From assembly GCA_038087875.1 (NCBI GenBank), contig CM075987.1, positions 18,230,001 through 18,294,000 on the forward strand: a stretch of DNA of 64,000 nt. Direction: 5' to 3'. Below the pieces are notes generated by a model, which worked only from the letters and a program-made list of their open reading frames with translations, was not told the DNA's origin and searched no databases. This document shows positions 24,270 through 36,253 of this stretch, one piece after another (position 1 is the first letter of the stretch; the number at the start of each line of letters is the position of its first letter). A program made the translations under genes and the position numbers. Source of the stretch: Malacoraja senta (taxonomy: Eukaryota).

Positions 24270-25415
24270 GATTTAGGCCATTTGGAAGAGTGGGCTGAAA
24301 GATGGCAGATGGAGTTTAATGCTGATAAATGTGAGGTGCTACATCTCGGCAGGACAAATCAAAATAGGACGTACATGGTAAATGGTAGCGAATTGAGGAA
24401 TGCAGTTGAACAGAGGGATCTAGGAATAACTGTGCATAGTTCCCTGAAGGTGGAATCTCATGTAGATAGGGTGGTAAAGAAAGCTTTTGGTGTGCTGGCC
24501 TTTATAAATCAGAGCATTGAATATAGAAGTCGGGATGTAATGTTAAAATTGTACAAGGCATTGGTGAGGCCAATTCTGGAGTATGGAGTACAATTTTGGT
24601 CGCCTAATTATAGGAAGGATGTCAACAAAATAGAGAGAGTACAGAGGAGATTTACTAGAATGTTGCCTGGGTTTCAGCAACTAAGTTACAGAGAAAGGTT
24701 GAACAAGTTAGGTCTTTATTCTTTGGAGCGCAGAAGGTTAAGAGGGGACTTGATAGAGGTCTTTAAAATTATGAGCGGGTTAGACAGAGTTGACGTGGAT
24801 AAGCTTTTCCCATTGAGAGTAGGGAAAATTCAAACAAGGGGACATGACTTGAGAATTAAGGGACAGAAGTTTAAGGGTAACATTAGGGGGAACTTCTTTA
24901 CTCAGAGAGTGGTAGCTGTGTGGAATGAGCTTCCAATGGAAGTGGTGACGGCAGGTTCGATTTTATCCTTTAAAAATAGATTGGATGGGTATATGGACGG
25001 GAAAGGAATGGAGGGTTATGGTCTGAGTGCAGGTAGATGGGACTAGGGGGAAGTATTTATTTTTAAAAAATAAAAAATAAAGTGTTTGGCACGGACTTGA
25101 AGGGCCGAGATGGCCTGTTTCCGTGCTGTAATCATTATATGGTTATATAGATTGAGGGGAGATCTTATAGAAACGTACAAAATTCTTAAGGGGTTGGACA
25201 GGCTAGATGCAGGAAGATTGTTCCCGATGTTGGGGATGTCCAGAATAAGGATAAAGGGGAAATCCTTTAGGACCGAGATGAGAAAAACATTTTTCACACA
25301 GAGTGGTGAATCTCTGGAACTCTCTGCGACAGAAGGTAGTTGAGGCCAGTTCATTGGCTATATTTAAGAGAGAGTTAAAATGTTATGTTAAAATTGTACA
25401 AGGCATTGGTGAGGC

Positions 25416-28400
25416 GACTTGACAACTTAACAACACCAAGGGAGGACGTTTATTATTTCCTCCTGTGTCTTATTTAGTATTCTCATTTATCGCGATTTTC
25501 CTTCTTTTTTTAAAAACTAGTAAAGCGGGGTTTTTAATCTTTTAAAATCTTTTATCGCACAAGGAAATCTCTGTGCTACCAACCAAGATCAATTTTATCG
25601 TGACTTTCTTTTTAAACTAGTAAAATAGCGTTTTATCCTGTCATCGTGCATTCCGTGCTGCCAGCCGAGACCAATTTTGTGATCTTCGCTGGTAACTTAC
25701 TGCTTTTAACTGTTTTTAACATTGAAGATTTTACTACCACATAGCCCAATTGCAATATATGACATAGAATACTGTAACCTCGCTCGTGCCGTATTGGATT
25801 TCTAAAATCGAAGATTGAATTAGTACCATGCTTGGATCTGGAAGAATACGAAACACATCAACACCAGTGTTGTATTTGGTTCTGTTGATTGCCTTCTCCC
25901 AACTGGGATTGAGGATTTTCCATGAATGGGACCATGGTCCGTCAAAAATTAGTGTCCAGAAGACATACGTAAATACGTTTCGTGGAAATGGGTCGAAACA
26001 CTCAGCTACCCCCTTTCTAGGCTACCCTAGAGGTCGCCTACCATTGTTCATTATTGTCAATTTACTGGCTGGGGACATCAACCTCAACCCTGGCCCAAAA
26101 GGTCAGCACCGTGGACGTAAACCAAAGTACCCGTGTGGTTTGTGCTCATTTGCTGACAAAGATTCTGGCATTCAGTGCTCGATGTGCACAAGTTGGTTTC
26201 ACCTGAACTGCTCCAATGTGTCAAACGACACTTTTGGTTTTCACTCCAAAAATCCAAATGCCATCTGGTTATGCCCATTGTGCGATGTCATCAACCTTGC
26301 CAGCTCATTTTTTGACTCGTCAAGTGACCTTACAAGTATGCTCAACTTGAGCAATTCATTTGAAAGTCTCACATCTCTGAGTGATGACCCTGATTGTGAC
26401 GTATGGAATCATGAGAATTTAAGATCATCCAGCCCAAATTGTGCTGGCCACTTACCAAAAATAACACTTTAAAAAACTGCTCCTGAGTGGCTTTGTGGAA
26501 CGACATCCAAAGCAACACCAACATCCAAAGCAGAGAAAAACCCTCTGCTGAAATGTGCGAAGACAAAGGATGGCTGGACCGTTGTTGGGAAAGATGGTAA
26601 AAGTAATACCCCTGATGATGACAATCCTCCATCCTCCCCCTACACCAGCTATCACACCCGTCAACATGTTAATGGACAAAGAAATGCGTGTAATGGTGAT
26701 GCTCAAAAGGAGATTCATGGTACCAACAAAGATATTGATCGCAATGATGTCAGCAATGAACATGGGATCAAAATCGCTGTTATAAATTGCCGCAGTATAA
26801 GAGGAAAATGTGCTGTGATCAATTCATTTATTGAAACTGAAAACCCTGATATCCTTATTGGGTCTGAATCTTGGCTGGACCCATCAATCAAATCTGCTGA
26901 GATTTTCCCTCCTCACCTTCAAATTTTTAGAAAGGACAGAAACTCGCATGGAGGCGGTGTCTTCATCGGAGTTAACAATACCATTCCTTGTTTTGACCGT
27001 ACAGACTTAAACAGCGACTCTGAGCAAATCTGGTGTCAAGCTACACTCGAGGGTCAGTCGTTACAGATCGGAAGCTTTTACCGACCACCTGGCATGAAAA
27101 CGGAGCCTCTTTTAGACCTTGGATCAATCATCTCCAAAATTTATGCCTCGTCACGCTCTCCATTTATCATCCTGGGGGGCGATTTCAATGTCCCAGGTGT
27201 AGATTGGTCTGACGGCATACAAAGTGAACCAGAAGGAGCTCTCCAGGAAGCCCTAGCTGACCTTACTCTGGAAAATCACCTGTCCCAAAAGGTCACTTTC
27301 CCTACCAGACGTGATGAGACAAGTGGCACCGAAAATACTCTAGATTTATTGTTCACTTCTCACCCAGATTTAATTTCGGAAATTTCATCGTGTGCTGGAA
27401 TTAGCGATCATTATATTATCCAAGCAAAACTGCACACAAAGCTTAAAGTTCCTTCAAAGCCACCGCGTAAAATTTCCCTCTGGAGAAAAGTGAACAGCGA
27501 GGAATTTAAAGTCTTAGCAAAAAAACTGGGAAAAGATTTCTTCAACCTGCAACCAGATAAAAGATCCGTAAATGACAACTGGGTGTGGCTGAGAAACTCT
27601 TTAAATAATATTGTTACAAATCATGTTCCTCAAAAACTCATTAAGGGCCGTATGTATGCGTCCTCCTTGGTTTTCGGCAAAACTGAAACGTCTCTGCAGT
27701 AAGAAAGAGAAGTCTTATATCCGTACCAAAAAAAGGGGTACAAAACTGGACTGGGACAATTTTACTAGAATGCAAAAGCAAGTCGATCGTGCTATTAGGA
27801 GTGCTCATAGACAACATGTTTCTTCTATTCTTGGGGGAGAGCAACCCAAGGCTTTTTGGAGATATGTGAAATCCAGACGGACAGACAACACAGGTGTCCA
27901 GATGCTTAAAGTGAACAACTGTCTGATCACTGATGACCAGGCGAAAGCAGAAGCTCTTGCAAACCAATTCCAACACGTTTTCACCCGGGAAGATATGGAG
28001 CCTTCATCATTTCCAGTTCTACCGCCCAGCCCGTATGCTGATATGCCTGCTATTAAAATTGAGGTTGAAGGTGTCAAGAAGTTATTGCTCAACATCAATA
28101 CCACAAAAGCTATTGGACCAGATCAGATACAGAATCAAGCCCTCAAGATCGCAGCCGAAGAACTGGCTCCAGTTTTGCAGTTCATTTTCCAACAATCGCT
28201 TGACTCAGGTGAAGTTCCGCTGGATTGGAGGAAGGCTAACATCACTCCTCTCTTTAAGAAGGGTTCAACCACCAACCCAGCGAATTATCGTCCTGTTTCA
28301 TTAACAAGTACTTGCTGCAAATTACTGGAGCATGTAATTGATAGTAATCTGATGCGACACGTGAGCAAACATAATATTCTTGCTGACAACCAACATGCAT

Positions 28401-29645
28401 TTAGGAGGCATAGATCATGTGAGTCTCAGCTTATCCTGACGACAAATGACCTGGCCAAACATCTTGATGGTAATGTCATCACGGATTTAGTAGTGCTGGA
28501 CTTTTCTAAAGCATTTGATGTCATCCCACACCAGAGACTGCTTCGGAAGCTTGACTTCTATGGTATTCGTTCCAACACGAAACGATGGATTTCCAGTTTC
28601 CTGACAAAACATCTTCAGCGTGTGTGTGTGAACGGAAAGAGCTCCAATTGGCATCCAGTGTTGAGTGGTACACCTCAGGGCACAGTACTTGGCCCACATC
28701 TGTTTTTGCTTTATATAAACGACATCCATGAAAAAGTCGCAAGCACGACCAGACTATTCGCTGATGATTGTTTGCTGTACCGTCCAATTAAGTCAGCTGA
28801 TGATGAAGATGCTCTCCAAAAGGACCTCGATACAATGGTTGAGTGGTCACACCAATGGGGCATGCAGTTCAACCCTTCCAAATGTGAAACCATGCGTGTC
28901 ACCAGAAAGAAGAATCCAGGCAAAACATCGTACAATATACTTGGTACCACCCTTGAAGAATCCAAACAAACCAAGTATCTTGGCATCAAATTGCAGAATG
29001 ATCTGCGTTGGAATGGTCAGACTCATCATGCAACGGTGAAAGCAACAGGTGTCCTAAATTTTCTGAGGCGCAACTTTCATCATTGTTCAACTTCTGTCAA
29101 GGAGAAGCTATACTTCACCCTCGTTAGACCTCATTTGGACTACGCAGTTGCAGCATGGGACCCATACACAAATAAAAACATTTCTTCCATCGAACGTGTC
29201 CAAAGACAGGCAGCTCGATTTGTTACTAACACCTATGAGAGCGAAGCGAGTGTTACCAAACTTCTGAATTCTCTGGGGTGGAACCCTCTCCAAGACAGAC
29301 GTGAAGCTCACCGTTTGACCTGTTTTTACAAAATGTTAAATGGTCAGCTCAACATAGATTACAAGACCTACACCAAACGCAAACCAATTAGGAGCAGACG
29401 AGGACATTCGATCCAATTTGAGATTCCAGCTACCAAGACAGATGTGTACAGCAATTCATTCTTCCCCCGCACAATTAAAGCATGGAATAATCTTCACCCT
29501 ACCATAGTTACCCAACCAGATGCAACTAAATTTAAGGTAGCTCTTTCTTCCCAAAAACCCTTTCTGGCTTAAGTCCTCCCTCCACCACCTCCAGTTTAAA
29601 TTCCATTTGGAATATTTTGGAGGACCAAGAAACCAAGAACCAAGA
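25416..29645 (+). mobile_element. Near-intact single-ORF CR1-group LINE (hydrophobic leader, 2A-like motif, PHD, APE, RT)
   Basis: One frame 25828-29572 broken only by TAA at 26470-26472 and a TATG duplication at 27651-27658. Motifs GDINLNPGP, C4HC3 PHD, INCRSI/ESWL/GDFN/SDH (APE), GTPQGTVLGP/LFADD (RT); (ACCAAGA)n tail; 9-bp TSD. Confidence 0.92.
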
Positions 29646-29807
29646 AGAGAGTTAGATGTGGCCCTTGTGGCCAAAGGGATCAGGGGGTATGGAGAGAAGG
29701 CAGGTACAGGATACTGAGTTGGATGATCAGCCATGATCATATTGAATGGCGGTGCAGGCTCGAAGGGCCGAATGGCCTACTCCTGCACCTATTTTCTATG
29801 TTTCTAT

Positions 29808-29952
29808 GTCACCAGCCCCTCCCACGTCACCAGCCCCTCCCACGTCACCAGCCCCTCCCACATCCCAAGCCCCTCCCGCGTTACCAGCCCCTCCCACGTC
29901 ACTAGTCCTTACCACGTCACTAGCCTCTCCCACGTCACTAGCCCCTCCCACA
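29808..29952 (+). repeat. 18-bp minisatellite, right part (about 8 units)
   Basis: Tandem GTCACCAGCCCCTCCCAC variants. Confidence 0.9.
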
Positions 29953-29954
29953 TC

Positions 29955-31050
29955 CACACATTGCACCCCGACTGCCAACACCTTTTTGCCTTTACGTATG
30001 AAGGACAGCAATACACATGGACACGGTTACCCCAGGGCTTTGTACATTCACCTACAATCTTGGCAGACCAGTTAAAGACTCTTGCCCCACCAAAAGGTTC
30101 AGCCATTGTCCAGTGCGTGGATGACCTGCTATTGGCCAGTAGTGATGAGGCTAGCAATGCCGAATACACGACCACTCTATTAAAAGCCTTAGACAAATGG
30201 GGACATGTGATACCTAAGCGAAAAATCACTGAGGGGCAGAAAAAAGTAACATTTCTCAGGGTGATGATTAGTGCCACGGAAAGTGCCCTCACCCCTGCCA
30301 GAGTGGACCCCATTGTCCACCATCCAAAACCAGAGACCTCTAAACAAATTAGAGCATTCCTGGGGTTAGTAACTTTCTGCCGACAATGGATCCCAGATGT
30401 AAGTAAGTAAGTAAGTAATTTTTATTTATATAGCACTTTTAAATCAAATCACGTTGAAGCCAAAGTGCTTTACAGAGAAGAAATTAGATTTCCATACATA
30501 AAGATGTGGCTCTTTACACCAAGCATCTATCACCATTAGCCTCCGCTAAAGCAGCACGGCAGTTCACACTTACTGAGGAGCAAACAAAAGCCTTCGCAGC
30601 TTTGAAACAAGCACTGGTTTCGGCACCCGCTGTGGGACGCCCACTGTATGACCGACCCTTCCAGCTATATGTCACCATAATCCAAGACTGTGCATCTGTG
30701 GTTTTAACACAACACCACGGCGATGTTAAGCGACCAGTGGCTTATTTCTCTGTCAGGTTAGATGCTGTAGCTCGCGGCTATCCACCGTGTACCCAGATCT
30801 TGCCTGGCATACATGCTGCTATCTCTATGACCACCAACATTACATTGCATCAACCAGTAACTGTGTTTACAACTCATTGTGTTGCCGTGCTGATGAATGC
30901 AGGCCAAACCAAATATCTCACCCAGGCACGATTGGGTCTCTTAAATACTCTCTTAATAACTCTCTTAGATAACCCCTACTTGACTTTTCAGCACTGTTCT
31001 ACAATTAATCCATCAGCATTTTTAACACAGCCACCAGAGCTATGTAATGA
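29955..31050 (+). mobile_element. ERV pol fragment 1 (class I RT and tether), defective
   Basis: LFAFTYEGQQYTWTRLPQGFVHSP, VQCVDDLLLAS (YVDD mutated), FLGLVTFCRQWIP, RPVAYFSVRLDAVARGYPPC. Confidence 0.9.
30401..30501 (-). mobile_element. Short LINE 3' tail (L2-like) inserted in ERV pol
   Basis: (AAGT)n followed by TTTATTTATATAGCACTTT; TSD AGATGT at 30395-30400 / 30502-30507; removing it restores WIPDVALYTK. Confidence 0.75.
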
Positions 31051-32518
31051 ACCGGATTTGATAAAGGACCTCGAGGTTAATGAGCCATTAGGAGGCAGTG
31101 ACCATAACATGGTCAGGTTTCATCTACAATTGGAGAGGGAAAAGAGTAGATCGGAGGTGTTAGTGTCACAGTTGAATAAAGGGGACTATGGGGCCATGAG
31201 GGAGGAGCTGGCCAAAGTTGACTGGAAAGATACACTAGACAGTGGAACAAAAATGGGAGGTATTTATAGGAATAACACAGAAGGCGCAGGATCAGTTCAT
31301 TCCTAGGAGGAAGAAAGATTCCACGAGGAGTAAGGGGCGACCATGGCTGACTAGGGACGTCAGAGACAGTATAAAAATTAAAGCGAAGAAGTATAACGTA
31401 GCAAAGATGAGCAGGAAGCAAGAGGATTGGGTAATGTTTAACGAACAACAGAAGATAACTAAAAAGACAATACGGGGAGAAAAGATGAGGTACGAAGGTA
31501 AGCTAGCCAAGAATATAAAGGAGGATAGTAAAAGCTTCTTTAGGTATGAGAAGAGGAAAAATTAGTTACGACCAAAGTTGGACCCTTGAAGACTGAAAAA
31601 GGTGAATTTATTATGGGGAACAAGGAAATGGCAGATGAGTTGAACAGGTACTTTGGATCTGTGTTCGCTAAGGAGGACACAAACTATCTTCCTGATATAG
31701 TAGGATCTGGGGTGACGGAGGAACTGAAGGAAAATCCACATTAGGCAGGAAATGGTGTTGGATAGACTTATTTATTAGGACTGAAGGCTAATAAATCCCC
31801 AGGGCCTGATGGTCTGCATCCCAGGGTACTTAAGGAAATCGTGGATGCATTGGTGATAATTTTCTAATGTTCTATAGACTCAGGATCAGTTCCTGTGGAT
31901 TGGAGGATAGCGAATGTTATCCCACTTTAAAAAAAAGGCGGGAGAGAGAAAACAGGGAATTATAGACCAGTTAGCCTGACATCAGTGGTGGGGAAGATGC
32001 TGGACTCATTTAAAAAAGATGAAATAGCCGCACATTTGGATAGCAGGAACAGGATTGGTCCGAGTCAGCATGAATTTACGAAGGGGAAATCATGCTTGAC
32101 TAATCTTCTGGAATTTTTTGAAGTTGTAACTAGGAAAATGGACAAGGGAGAGTCAGGGGATGTGGTGTACCTGGACTTTCAGAAAGAATTTGATAAGGTC
32201 CCACACAGGAGATTAGTGGGCAAAATTAGGGCACATGGTGTTGGGGGTAGAGTGCTGACATGGAGTGAAAATTGGTTGGCAGATAGGAAAGAAAGAGTAG
32301 GGATTAATGGGTCCCTTTCAGAATGGCAGGCAGTGTCTAGTGGGGTGCTGCAAGGCTCGGTGCTGGGACCGCAGCTATTTACAATATACATCAATGATTT
32401 GGATGAAGAGATTCAAAGTAACATGAGCAAATTTGCAGATGACAAAGGTGGCGGCAGTGTGAACTGTTAGGAGGATGCTATGAGAATGCAGGGTGAAGTT
32501 GGGAAAAGGGGAAGTACA
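31051..32518 (+). mobile_element. CR1 ORF2 fragment, continuing at 36254-36675
   Basis: EPLGGSDHNMV through KFADD; GGGGAAGTACAAC|GGGATCTGGGGGTCC is split by the antisense CR1. Confidence 0.88.
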
Positions 32519-35500
32519 ACATAGAAACATAGAAAATAGGTGCAGGAGTAGGCCATTCGGCCCTTCGAGCCTGCACCGCCATTCAATATGATCATGGCTG
32601 ATCATCCAACTCTGTATCCCGTACCTGCCTTCTCTCCATACCCTCTGATCCCTTTAGCCACAAGGGCCACATCTAACTCCCTCTTAAATATAGCCAATGA
32701 ACTGGCCTCAACTACCCTCTGTGGCAGAGAGTTCCAGAGATTCACCACTCTCAGTGTGAAAAATGTTTTTCTCATCTCGGTCTTAAAGGATTTGCCCCTT
32801 ATCCTTAAGCTGTGACCCCTTGTCCTGGACATCCCAAACATCGGGAACAATCTTCCTGCATCTAGCCTGTCCAACCCCATAAGAATTTTGTAAGTTTCTA
32901 TAAGGTCCCCTCTCAATCTCCTAAATTCTAGCGAGTATAAGCCAAGTCTATCCAGTCTTTCTTCATATGAAAGTCCTGACATCCAAGGAATCAGTCTGGT
33001 GAACCTTCTCTGCACTCCCTCTATGGCAATAATGTCCTTCCTCAGATTTGGAGACCAAAACTGTACGCAATACTCCAGGTGTGGTCTCACCAAGACCCTG
33101 CAGTAGAACCTCCCTGCTCCTATACCCAAATCCTTTTGCTATGAAAGCTAACATACCATTCGCTTTCTTCACTGCCTGCTGCACCTGCATGCCTACTTTC
33201 AATGACTGGTGTACCAAGATACCCAGGTCTCGCTGCATCTCCCCTTTTCCTAATCGGCCACCATTTAGATAAGTCTGCTTTCCTGTTTTTGCCACCAAAG
33301 TGGATAACCTCACATTTATCCACATTATACGGCATCTGCCAAACATTTGCCCACTCACCTAGCCTATCCAAGTCACCTTGCAGTCTCCTAGCATCCTCCT
33401 CACAGCTAACACTGCCCCCCAGCTTAGTGTCATCCGCAAACTTGGCGATGTTGCCTTCAATTCCCTCATCCAGCTCATTAATATAAATTGTAAATAGCTG
33501 GGGTCCCAGCACTGAGCCTTGCGGTACCCCACTAGTCACTGCCTGCCATTGTGAAAAGGACCCGTTTACTCCTACTCTTTTCTTCCTGTTTGCCAGCCAG
33601 TTCTCTATCCACATCAATACTGAACCCCCAATACCGTGTGCTTTAAGTTTGTATACTATTCTCTTATGTGGGACCTGGTCGAAAGCCTTCTGAAAGTCCA
33701 GATACAACACATCCACTGGTTCTCCCCTATCCACTCTACTAGTTACATCCTCGAAAAATTCTATAAGATTCGTCAGACATGATTTACCTTTCGTAAATCC
33801 ATGCTGACTTTGTCCAATGATTTCACCACTTTCCAAATGTGCTGCTATCCCATCTTTAATAACTGACTCTAGCAGTTTCCCCACTACCGATATTAGACTA
33901 ACTGGTCTGTAATTCCCCGTTTTCTCTCTCCCTCCCTTCTTAAAAAGTGGGGTTACGTTTGCTACCCTCCAATCCTCAGGAACTACTCCAGAATCTAAAG
34001 AGTCTTGAAAAATGATCACTAATGCATCCACTATTTCTGGAGCTACTTCCTCAAGTACTCTGGGATGCAGCCTATCTGGCCCTGGTGATTAATCGGCCTT
34101 TAATCCATTCAATTTACCCAACACCACTTCCCGACTAACCTGGATTTCACTCAGTTCCTCCATCTCCTTTGACCTGCGGTCCCCTGCTATTTCCGGCAGG
34201 TTATTTATGTCTTCCTTAGTGAAGACGGAACCAAAGTAGTTATTCAATTGGTCCGCCATATCCTTGTTCCCCATGATCAATTCACCTGTTTCTGACTGCA
34301 AGGGACCTACATTTGTTTTAACTAATCTCTTTCTCTTCACATATCTATAAAAACTTTTGCAGTCAGTTTTTATGTTCCCTGCCAGTTTTCTTTCATAATC
34401 TATTTTCCCTTTCCTAATTAAGCCCTTTGTCCTCCTCTGCTGGTCTCTGAATTTCTCCCAGTCCTCTGGTATGCTGCTTTTTCTGGCTAATTTGTACGCA
34501 TCATCTTTTGCTTTGATACTATCCCTGATTTCCCTTGTTATCCACGGATGCACTACCTTCCCTGATTTATTCTTTTGCCAAACTGGGATGAACAATTTTT
34601 GTAGTTCATCCATGCAGTCTTTAAATGCCTTCCATTGCATATCCACCGTAAACCCTTTTAGAACTAATTGCCAGTCAATTTTGGCCAATTCACGTCTCAT
34701 ACCCTCAAAGTTACCTTTCTTTAAGTTCAGAACCATTGTTTCTGAATTAACAATGTCACTCTCCATCCTAATGAAGAACTCAACCATATTATGGTCACTC
34801 TTGCCCAAGGGGGCACGCACAACAAGACTGCTAACTAACCCTTCCTCATTACTCAATACCCAGTCTAGAATAGCCTGCTCTCTGGTTGGTTCCTCTACAT
34901 GTTGGTTTAGATAACTATCCCGCATACATTCCAAGAAATCCTCTTCCTCAGCACCCCAGCCAATTTGATTCACCCAATCTATATGTAGATTGAAGTCACC
35001 CATTATAACTGTTTTGCCTTTGTTGCACGCATTTCTAATTTCCTGTTTGATGCCATCCCCAACTTCACTATTACTGTTAGGTGGCCTGTACACAACACCC
35101 ACCAGCGTTTTCTGCCCCTTAGTGTTTCGCAGCTCTACCCATACCGATTCCACATCCTCCAAGCTAATGTCCTTCCTTTCCACTGCGTTAATTTCCTCTC
35201 TAACCAGCAACGCTACCCCACCTCCTTTTCCTTTCTCTCTATCCCTCCTGAATATTGAATATCCCTGGATGTTCAGCTCCCAGCCTTGGTCACCCTGGAG
35301 CCATGTCTCCGTGATCCCAACTATATCATAATCATTAATAGCTATCTGCACGTTCAACTCATCCACCTTATTACGAATGCTCCTTGCATTGAGACACAAA
35401 GCCTTCAGGCTTGTTTTTACAACGCTCTTCCCCCTTTTACAATTATGTTGAAAAGTGGCCCTTTTTGATTTTTGCCCTGGATTTGTCTGCCTGCCACTTT

Positions 35501-36250
35501 TACTTTTCACCTTGCTACCTATTGCTTCCGCCCCCATTTTACACCCCTCTGTCTCTCTGCTCACACATTTAAGAAACCTACCACCTCTTATTCTCTGTTT
35601 ATTATTGTTTTCTTCTTCCCCCCTACATGTTGGGTCTGAGTGCTTTCCTTCTCTGCCTCCAGCCTCACACACTGTCTAATAGCTTTCTCTATTTGAGTCC
35701 CTCCACCAACCGTTCTAGTTTAATGTCTCCCCAGTAGCCTTAGCAAATCATCCCGCCAGGATATTGGTCCCCCTCAGGTTCAAGTGCAACCCATCCTTTT
35801 TGTACAGGTCGCACCTTCCACAAAAGAGGTCCCAATGATCCAGAAATTTGAATCCCTGCCCTCTGCACCAGTCCTTCAGCCACGCATTTATCCTCCACCT
35901 CACTCCAGTCCTACTCTCACTGTCGCGTGGCACAGGCAGTAATCCTGAGATTGTTACCTTTGCGGTCCTCCTCTTTAACTCCCCTCCTAACTCCCTAAAT
36001 TCTACTTTCAGGACCTCTTCTCTTTTTTTACCTATGTCATTGGTACCTATATGTACCACGACCTCGGGCTCCTCTCCCTCCCCTTTCAGGATATCTGGGA
36101 CACGTTGAGACACATTGGTACCTATATATTTTGACACGTTGAGACACATCACAGACCCTGGCACCAGGGAGGGAAACTACCATCCGGGTCTCCCGACTGC
36201 GTCCACAGAATCGCCTGTCTGACCCCCTAACTATAGAGTCCACTATTACT
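32517..36250 (-). mobile_element. Long CR1 copy: ORF1 SGNH-esterase part, ORF2 APE-RT, 3' tail
   Basis: ORF1 DSIVRG...HIGTND...DGLHLN; ORF2 pieces 34089-35672, 33120-34031, 32602-33129; (TTCTATGT)n tail. Confidence 0.95.
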
Positions 36251-36253
36251 AAT

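Larger units (their letters stand above)
22371..25148 (+). mobile_element. Second CR1 subfamily, 5'-truncated, split by a DNA transposon (22371-22497 and 24270-25148)
   Basis: YINDLDDG...KYADDTKI, then the 254-aa ORF 24282-25046; contiguous version at 49670-50142; (TTATATGG)-type tail. Confidence 0.9.
22309..29807 (+). mobile_element. 5'-truncated CR1 (host of nest) in three pieces: 22309-22370, 25149-25377, 29646-29807
   Basis: Pieces join into a continuous CR1 3' end (compare 45292-45740); duplications AGATTG (22365-22370 / 25149-25154) and AGAGAGTTA (25369-25377 / 29646-29654). Confidence 0.85.

Noticed and set aside
29808..29952. CRISPR-like array (also considered for 3006-3110)
   Set aside because: Head-to-tail minisatellite without spacers; vertebrate context and no cas genes.
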